Both the position numbers and the translations under genes were made by a program. A stretch of 64,000 nt of DNA, taken from assembly GCF_009914755.1 (NCBI RefSeq), contig NC_060933.1. One strand, 5' to 3'. Under the pieces are notes generated by a model. That model was given only the letters and a program-made list of their open reading frames with translations, did not search any database and had not been told where the DNA came from. This stretch comes from the human T2T-CHM13v2.0 reference genome, Homo sapiens. Within the stretch, counting starts at the first letter, position 1; each line of letters begins with the position of its first letter. Positions 50,926-64,000 of this stretch are shown in pieces.

Positions 50926-53116
50926 TAATAAACATTTATTGAGCACTGACTAGGTGCCCAGGCACTGTGCCAGGGACAGGGGATATAAAGATGAGTGAGA
51001 TACCTGTCCTGCCCTACTAGGGGTGCACTAGGAACAAACTGCATGGTCTGAATGCAGGAAGGAGGAGAGGAAGAAAGGCAGGAGGGAGGCGGGAGAGAGG
51101 AAAGAGATGATAATGATGATGACAAAATTCTACTTACTGAGCATTTTCCAGTGCCAGATATTGTGTCGAGCCTTCTGTAAGCAGGAGCTTGTTAATTGCT
51201 GCAAGACTACTCAGAAGGGCTGCTATGCCATTTTACAGATGTCAGGATTAGGGTCAGGGAGGGGAAGCGACCCGCTCCAGGCCACACAGTCATGGGCTGC
51301 CTCACCCCAGGCATGAGTAAGGGGCAGGGCCCGCCGTCTGGGCTCCGAGGCCAGGCCAGGCCCTTATCCCCTCTTCCCCCAGAGCCGCTGCTCTCACCTC
51401 CTCCTGGCCTGACCAGGGGCCCAAGGAACGAGCTAAGGGGATGGCGGCTAGAGACACCAGAAGGGCCACTGGGCTGGTGACCCTGGGAAGTTCTGCTCCT
51501 TCCCCATCCAGCGGAAGGGCCCAGGCTGGGCAGATGAAAGTCACAGAGAGGTCAGGAAGGGAAGATGAAGCAGAATGTATTGGCACTGCTGGCGTCCACC
51601 TCCCCTCTCACCCTCTACTCTCTCCATCCTCCCTCTCCCCCAACAACAAGGCAACCTCAGTAAGTCCACAGTCTCCACAGGGAAAAGGGGTCTGGATGGG
51701 GAGTGGGCACCCTGTCCATCCCCCTTTCTCCAGCCCCTCCCCAAGGCACAGCCTTGGCCAAATCTGATATCTCCCCACATCACCTTTGCACACGTGCTGC
51801 AGACCCCTTCTGCACTGACAGTCTCCTTGCTCATGCATCCAGATGTGTGCATTCATCCATTCATTCATTCATCCATTCAACAAGTGTTCTAAGCCTCTAC
51901 TCCGGGCTAGGCCCCATGTTGGGCACTGGAGACAGGGGGCACATGGCCTCAGAGTGAAGAGAGATGTCATGAGTGATTATTGTCGATGTAGTTAGTGCTG
52001 AGACCAGGGGAGCAAATGGGGGATGGTGATGCCATGGGTTCAAAGGGGAGGGGCAATCACTCTGGTGGGGTAGCAGTCAGGGAAGGCTACCTGGAGGAGG
52101 TGATAAATTCAAAGACTGAGTAGGAGCTAGTCAGGAAGGAGGACTAAGGACAAGTGTTCCAGAAGGAATGGCATGGGTGAAGGCCTGGACTGCCATGAAA
52201 CATGGCCCGCTTCAGGAATGGATAGGAGGATGGCAGGCCTAGGTCACATGGTACAAACTGGGGAGTTGGGGGGATGAGGCTGAGAGGCTGGCAGGTGCCA
52301 GGCCGGGCAGGGTGGTGTTGGCCATGGTGAAGATTTCAACTTCTCCCTGGAGCAATGGGGGGCTCTGAGCAGGGGAGTAACATGGCAAAGGTGAATTTCA
52401 GAATGCTCATCCGGGCTGCAGATATACCTGCACACACATACCTCATGTGCCTTCTTGTACACACATGCCTGCAACCTGTACCTGTACACACATACCTGTA
52501 TACGAGCACTCCTGCATACATGCATACCTGCACACCCAGACACCCACAGGGGTGCACCTGAGCGCCCAGCCCTGAGCTGAGCTCTTCACAAACATGGCAT
52601 CCCATTGGGTCCTCCAGGTAAGCTCATCCTATTATCTCCATTTTACAGAGGAGGAAGCCGAGGTTGGGAAAGGTGGAGGGACTTGCCCAAGTCACACAAA
52701 CGACAACTCAGCAGAGCTGAGAATTGGCACCCAGGGCAACTGGAGTCCATCCTGAGCTTGTCACTGCTGGGCTCTGAGACCTCCTGGTGAAGAAGGACAG
52801 TGGCAGAGACAGCCCGACCCAGAGAAACCCAGCAACGCTACTTTCTAAGGGCATTTTTCCCTCTCATTTGGAATCCTGAGCCTCCTGCTCGTCCTGTAGG
52901 CCACACCCAGCAAACAGGTGGGTTTCATTTCCTGGAGAAACCACAGATGGAAAGTCCCAGCCATGGGCTCCGTGTGACCTGGTGGCCTTAAGAAGCTCCC
53001 CCCACCGCCCCTCAGCCCTTTAATCATTTACAAAGCAGGGCCACACAGAGCATCTATTTTCTTTCTGGAACATCAGAGCTGGCTGGGAACTGGGAGAAGA
53101 GCTGGAGCAACAGCCT

Positions 53117-53530
53117 GCATCCATTTCCTCTTGCTGCAATAACAACTGATCACAAGGTCAGTGGCTTAAACAACACAGATTTACTCTCTTACAGTCTGAA
53201 GTAAGAGCCAAGATGTCAGCGGGGCCGTGTTGCTTCCAGAGGCCCTAGGGAAATCCATTTCCTTGCACTTCCAGCTTCTAGAGGCCACCTGCGTTCCTTA
53301 GCTTGTGGCCTCATCCTCATTCTTCAAAGCCAGGCATGTAGCATCTTCCGGCTCCTCTCTCTCGCTCTGACCTTCCTGCCTCTCTGTTACAAGGATCCAC
53401 TTTTGTGGCTAAAATGGGTCCATCCTCCCCAGCCTGAATGTGAAGACCCCCTCCTCCACGGCACCCCATTGCCCAGGACAAGGATGGGGCCCATCACTGC
53501 TGCCCAGAGGATAGGGAGACCCTCTCCAGG
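53117..53530 (-). mobile_element. MLT1C/D-like MaLR LTR
   Basis: gtggcttaaacaacacagatttactctcttacag...ttccagcttctagaggccacctgcgttccttagcttgtggcc. Confidence 0.7.
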
Positions 53531-54984
53531 TTTCCTGGGAAGGCATCAAGATGTTCGCAAGGCTCAAAGAAAAAAGAAATGGCTGGGCATGGTGGCTCAT
53601 GCCTGTGATCCGAGCTCTTTGGGAGACCAAGGCAGGAGAACCACTTGAGCCCAGGAGTTTGAAACCAGCTTGGACAGTGATGGGCAAACCCCATCTCTAC
53701 AAAAAATAAAAAAGTTAGCTGGATGTGGTGGTGCACACCTGTAGTCCCCAACTATTTTGAAGCGAGATCACTTGAGGCCTTGAGGCTGGGAGGTTAAGGC
53801 TGCAGTCAGCCATGACTGCTCCACTGCACTCCAGCCTGGGCAACACCGTGAGCCCTGATCTCAAAAATAAATAAATAAACAAATAAAGATGCTCCCAAGG
53901 GTGCTGGGCTCTGTTGGCCCAGGCCTGTAGTCCTGCTCCCTTGCCAGAAGTAAGAGCTGGCCTAAGGGAGAGCTGAAGCTTGCTCTGACGGGGACTCCTA
54001 AGTCCCTACAGATTCTGTAGATTCTCCTAGGGATCGGTACCTCCTGGTTTGGGGAATGGTCCCAGGAGCTGATCAGTTGGGCCGCACTAGGCTCTGGACC
54101 TCCCTTCTGGGGGGAAGAGGAGGGGACTCCAGGGCCTGGGACCAAGGGCATGTCCAGGGAGCTTGGAGCAGGGAAGCCCTGCCCTGCCCTATACCTGCTG
54201 AGCAAGAAGCAAGAGCAGAAGGACTCTTGCTCCCTCTCTGAGCCTCAGGGGTCTGTTAGGAAGGTGGGGATACCCTCAAAGCCTCCCTCCTGGGTCCTGT
54301 GGGTCAGTGCAACCTGTTGAGCATGCCCTGCCTATTTAGAAGAGACAGGGACGCCAGGGACAAATCTTGTGCTAAGCAGACATGGGCCTTCATGGGGCTT
54401 CCATGGTACCATGAAGACAGCCATGGCCCTGCCTGGGTCCTGGAGAGAAGCGGATGAGAAGGAGAGCTGCTGCTCGCTTGCAGCTCAGCTGACACCCAAC
54501 ACAAGCAAAAAGATCTTTCTGCTTCCAAGGCACTGAGACACGGAGGTTGTTCATTACCACAGCACAATCCAGCAGGAGGTGACCAACACACTCTCCCCAG
54601 CTGCATCTAGTTGCAGCTGGTGCACTCCCTGTAGGCCCTCTTTCTCACTTCTGTCTGCTGTTAGGGACTCTACAGCCCAGGACCCCAGGCTGGAGAAATC
54701 AGCAAGCTAGTTGATTTCTCCCTCTCCCTCAATTTCCACAATTCTTCAGTTGCTGGGGTCACACGACTCTGCAGTCCAGAACTCCTCCCCCTTAGCGATC
54801 GGCTCTTCCCCAACCCCTCCCCAACCTCTCTTCCCTGCAGCCCGAGAACTCCCTGCTTGCTGGGCATAGTGTCTGCACCCCAATTATGGGAGCAGAAGAG
54901 AGGTCCCTCACCTGGGGTATGCCATGAGTAGAACTCAGGACATTCATGAACTTGGATGGAGAAAAAAAAAATCCCATCTCCATT

Positions 54985-55700
54985 TTCTCTAACATCTAAC
55001 TACAGTGTAGTATTTCCTTCCATGATGATCATACCCAGCAAAGCCAGAAGTCAGTGGTACCTGCGGCACTGTTACCAACAGAAATCACAGCTGTCTTCTG
55101 ATCACAACAAAGCTGGTGCAGATTTCTCAAAATCTCACTCATCACTCCGTTGCAGACCCGCCGCCACATCTTGTTAATGCTTAGTAAAGAGGCACATTTA
55201 TTATCACATCACAAATGTGATTTATTTTTTCTTTTCTTTTTTAGATGGAGTCTCACTCTGTCAACCAGGCTGGAGTGCACTGGCGCAATCTCGGCTCACT
55301 GCAGTCACCTCCTCTCAGGTTCAAGTGATTCTCCTGCCTCTGCCTCCTGAGTAGCTGGGATTACAGGTGCATGCCACCACGCTCTGCTAATTTTTGTATT
55401 TTTAGTAGAGACGGGGTTTCACCGTGTTGGCCAGGCTGGTCTGGAACTCCTGACCTCAGGTGATCCGGCTGCCTCAGCCTCCCAAAGTACTGGGATTACA
55501 GGCATGAGCCACCACACCTTGCCACAAATGTGGTTTTTAAATGTGGTTTTTAAAAATATCTTGATAGCCATATTTCCAGTGACTCGGTTTCCTGTGTAAT
55601 CCTACGTATTTGTTATGCATGTACAAAGAAGACAGGGCATGAAGGTGTCACCAGATGCCACAGCAGCCCACAGCACAGAAAAGGTCACAACCACCTACTT
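54985..55700. mobile_element. hAT-Charlie-type DNA transposon relic (MER119-like) split by an Alu
   Basis: gttaccaacagaaatcacag, gtgcagatttctcaaaat and ggtttcctgtgtaatcctacgtattt resemble the recalled MER119 consensus. Confidence 0.45.
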
Positions 55701-56725
55701 CAGAGAAAGGCACTGGGGACCTTGGCTATGTGGACAAGAACCAGGAGCTTGGGCTTCCCAGGCACAGCAGGGAAGCCTGCAGGGGCCTGACAGGTGGATA
55801 ACCTAGTGCCCAAGGCAGGGCTGGGTGGAGGAGAGAGTGGCACCCTCTGATTGTCTGAGGTCTCTATCTCTAGAGGACAGTACCACAGATTGGAAGCCAG
55901 GTCTTTCCAGAGTCCCTGTGACCTCCTCTTTCTGCATGAAACCCAGATTGAGTAGGAAAATGTCCCCAGGAGGAAGCAGCCACTGCCCAAGGGAGACAGC
56001 TAGAGACTCGCTGGGCAGGCTACATCCCTGGGCTTCTCTCGGACCCGACAAGAGCCTGTCCATCCCTTCACCTCCACTAAGATCAGGGCACCCCAGGAGT
56101 CTCGGCAGGGCCACCCCAGGCTCTGCTCTGCCCTGGAAAGGTCCTCGTTTCACACTGACTCAGTTTCAGTTTTGGAAGGAGGTCAGAGGTTGCCTCCATG
56201 GCCCTTCTCCCCACTGGTTCTCTGGAACCCTCCATCATAGATGTCCCTGCCCTTCCTTCCCTGCTCAGGAGCAAAACCCCCAACCCCCAGGAGCTGGTCT
56301 CTCTAAGTCCTCTTGGATCAGGCCAGGCTCAGCCCTGGAGGCCACAGCTCAGGCCCTGAGCCAGCCCAAGGGGCAGGGCGAGGAACCTACATTGTTGTGT
56401 GCCCAGCCCCTTTAAGGGGCCCATACAGACAAGAGCAAATTCAGTAGGTTGCGTCATCCACTCTATAGTGATTAAACAGGGATGGTGGAGAAGTAGAGAA
56501 GTGTCAGCTCTGGAACCAGGTGGCCCTAGATTGAAATCCTAGCTCTGCTATTTACCAGCCAGGTGGCCTTGGATAGGTGATTTGACCAATACCGTTCCTC
56601 CGTTTCCCCACCTTGAGTGTTATTGCAAGGATTAAATGAGTTACTACAAAGTAAAGTACTAAATACATATCAGCTATTATTATTATTACTACTACTATTA
56701 TTATTATGAGCCAGGAGATGGGGAC

Positions 56726-57210
56726 TGTGACATAGGCTGCTGGTCTCTTCTCTCCTCTTCCATAAGAATAGTTCACCCCATCCTTAGCTGGGTGTATGGC
56801 CACCTGGCCCAAAACTACATTTCCCAGCATCCCTTGCTGCTAGATGTGACCATGTGATCAAGTTCTGGCCAATGAGATGCCAGGAGAAGTGGTTTGGCCC
56901 ACTTCCTGGGAGTTTTCTTTAAAGGACAGGGGCAATGCCTTCTCCTTTTCTTCTCCTTTCTGCTGACCAGAATGTGAGCATGGAGTCTGGAGCAGGAGCA
57001 GCTGTTGTGCACTGTGAGGTTGAAGCCGTGTGTTGAGAATAGCAGAGCAACAAAGCAATAGGAGCTGGAGCCCCTAGGGGCCATGAAGCCCCTACCAGCC
57101 CTGGACTGCTTAGATTTACTTGAGCAAGAAATAAACCCTTGATTGTTTAAACCGGTGTGATTTGAAGTCTGCCCTGTTGGAAGCACAACCAGATCCTCTT
57201 TAACGAGGCA
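56726..57210 (+). mobile_element. MLT1J-like MaLR LTR
   Basis: actacatttcccagcatcccttgc...ccatgtga...gttctggccaatgagatg...aataaaccctt...gtttaaacc. Confidence 0.75.
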
Positions 57211-57925
57211 CAGCAGAGAGTAACATGCACAGCCCCTGCCCTCTGGGAATCACTGTCTAGTTGGGGAGAGAGACAATAATCATGTAAACAAAGAAGGAAG
57301 TCGTGGTGGTTATGAAAAGAGCTATGAACGATGGGCCAGAGAACGTGGTGGGGAGTGGAGGAGGCATGGACCGACCCTGGGAGGACTCTTGAAGAAGGAG
57401 GCAGCTAGCTACCATCTAACTGGGAAGAGCAGGGAAGAGTGTCCCTGCAAAGGGAATGAAGGAGCACAGAAGGAGGCCGCTCAGCTCTGTGATTCAGAGC
57501 ACAGGCCTCAAGAGTCGGGGGTCCTGGGCCCCTGGCCTGGCCCTGCCTCTCCCCCGGTGTGGGACCTGGGCAAGCCACTCCCCTTCCTCTCTCTGAGGCA
57601 AAGTGCTCAGCAAGTTCCTGACACATAGTAGATGTTCAACGAGAGATCATGGTTTTGGGTGGGGTGTGGTGGCTCACACCTATAATCCCAGCACTTTGGG
57701 AGGCCTAGGCAGGCAGATAGCTTGAGCCCAGGAGTTCAAGACCAGCCTAGGCAACATGACAAAACCCCGTCTCTACAAAAAATACAAAAATTAGCCAGGT
57801 GTGGTGGCACAGGCCTGTAATCCAGCTACTCAGGAGGCTGAGGTGGGAGGATCTCTTGAGCCTGGGAGGCAGAGGTTGCAGTGAGCTATGATTGTGCCAC
57901 TATACTCCAGCCTGGTGACATAGCA

Positions 57926-58034
57926 AGGAAGGAGAGAAAGAAAGAGAAGAAAGAGTGAGAAGAGGGAAAGAAGGAAGGGAGGGAGGGAGGGAGGGAGGGG
58001 AGGGAAGAAGGGGAAAAGAAGGAATAAAGAAAGA
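57926..58034 (+). repeat. Polypurine (GA-rich) tract in place of an Alu tail
   Basis: About 105 nt of almost only G/A, including (GGGA)n. Confidence 0.9.
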
Positions 58035-58358
58035 TTACTGTTTTAGAAGACACAGGTGAAATGTGAATGAAATCAGAGATGGGGTAAAGCCTGGGAGGGT
58101 CTGTTAGGTCTTTATAGCAGAGGGAGCATTTAGATTGGGTCCTGAAGGTTGCATAGGAGTTTTACTAAGATAGTGGGAAGAAAGGATATTCTAGGGGAGT
58201 GGATCACAGGCCCTTTCTATTCCCCATCCACTTTGGGGCCGGCCCCATCCACCAGGCCTCTTCAGATCCTAGCTTCCAATTTCTGTTTCTGTCTCTGGCC
58301 AGTCCATTCAAGGTGGGGTCTGAAATCCAGGTTGAGATGTTCTTCTAACCCCAACTAA

Positions 58359-58952
<594 letters not shown>

Positions 58953-59816
58953 TAGCCCTAACCTTTGCTTTCAGCTCAACCATGTCACTTCCTCCCAGAA
59001 GCCTTCCCTGATGTCTGTGGCTGGTTTAGGGCCTTTACGCTGAGCTGCCTGTAGTCTCACCATCACAGCACATATTTGTGGGTGTCTTTGATTCATGTCT
59101 GTTTCACTATACAGTAAGCCTATGCACAGAGGTATCCACAGCATTAGCACAGGGCTATACATAGTAGGTGCTCAGGAAGGAAGGAGGAGACTTAGTCCAG
59201 CCCTCCAGGAAAGATGAGAAAACCAGCTGAGAAGCTGGGCCCAGGTGGGTCAGGTCTCCTGTCTGCTGCCCCCAGGGGGAGCCCCCCATCCGGCCTCCCC
59301 TCTCCCCTCTGCCTGCTGAACCTGGCAGTGGAGTTGGGTAGGAGTGGGGGAGTGGGAGTTGGTGGTAGGAGCTGCAGATAGAATCCCCCAGGGAGGCAGA
59401 GGCGAGAACGCTGAGCTCCTAGATCTCCAGAAGAGCTACAGCTGGCAGGGAAGGAGGCGGATGAAGCTCACATCTGGTTCCACCCACCCAGGCTGTGGCT
59501 CCAGTGGGCAGCACCGCCCTCCCTGCCCCAGGACTAACCCCTGCCCCCCTCTTCCCTCCTCCCCACACTGTCTGCCTTCCTAGGGAGGCACAGCTGCAGA
59601 TTTAGCCGCAGATTCGTATGTGTGCATACAGCCCAGTTGTAGGTGCTGTGTGCGCATCAGAACACCAACTCCTGAGAGCTGACATTGAACCCCACCTTGA
59701 GACCTGAGGCCAATTTGCTATTATGTTAAACGTACTGAGCCCCTGCTCACCCCGGACAAATGGACGGCACCTGGGCCTCTCACCTCCCAGGTGGAATGGA
59801 GTTCCAGGTTTGATCT

Positions 59817-60762
<946 letters not shown>

Positions 60763-60789
60763 ATCCAGACTCTATGGTTAGATAGGGAG

Positions 60790-62701
<1,912 letters not shown>

Positions 62702-62825
62702 AAGTCCAACAGAAGGTTAAAGGTTTGATTAGGGGAAACTAGAGGCTCCTCGTGAGGGGACCAGGTAATGTCTGAGCTAAGGAGTGTGAGGAAGAGGTGA
62801 AAATTGTGGGGAGAGGGCAACATAG

Positions 62826-63815
<990 letters not shown>

Positions 63816-64000
63816 GGGAGGACAGGCCTGGTGTCTCATGCCTGTAATCCCAGCACTTTGGGAGGCCAAGGCAGGTGGCTAAAATACTAAAGTATTTTTT
63901 CGACTAAAAATACAAAAAATTATCTGGGTGTGATGGTGGGCACCTGTAATCCCAGCTACTCAGGAGGCTGAGGCAGGAGAATCGCTTGAACCCGGGAGGC

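Overview
Primate (human-like) non-coding genomic DNA. I recognise no host protein-coding exon, RNA gene or CRISPR array, and I cannot place the locus by eye. Almost every ORF in the supplied track is an Alu translation, a GC-rich or low-complexity artefact, or a retroelement relic. Bases ~1-17,400 are nearly all old plus-strand HAL1/L1M fragments broken up by Alus, with a MER34-type LTR and an MLT1 LTR. Bases ~17,400-59,800 are GC-richer unique/MIR/L2 sequence containing two CpG islands (~22.4-23.1 kb, ~41.2-41.9 kb), several enhancer-like motif clusters, a MER41A solo LTR, nested MaLR LTRs, a MADE1 element and simple repeats. Bases ~59,800-64,000 hold the 3' part (pol integrase, env, 3' LTR) of a decayed minus-strand class I provirus whose Env resembles the HERV-H/F/FRD clade. 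I found no new coding system. The most unusual observation is a MER41A LTR carrying a 62-bp NF-kB-like module copied from unique DNA 1.37 kb downstream, placed next to where MER41B carries its STAT1 sites; two other probable templated insertions lie within about 4 kb. Repeat family names come from recalled consensus sequences and need RepeatMasker/Dfam confirmation. Most repeat boundaries are approximate.
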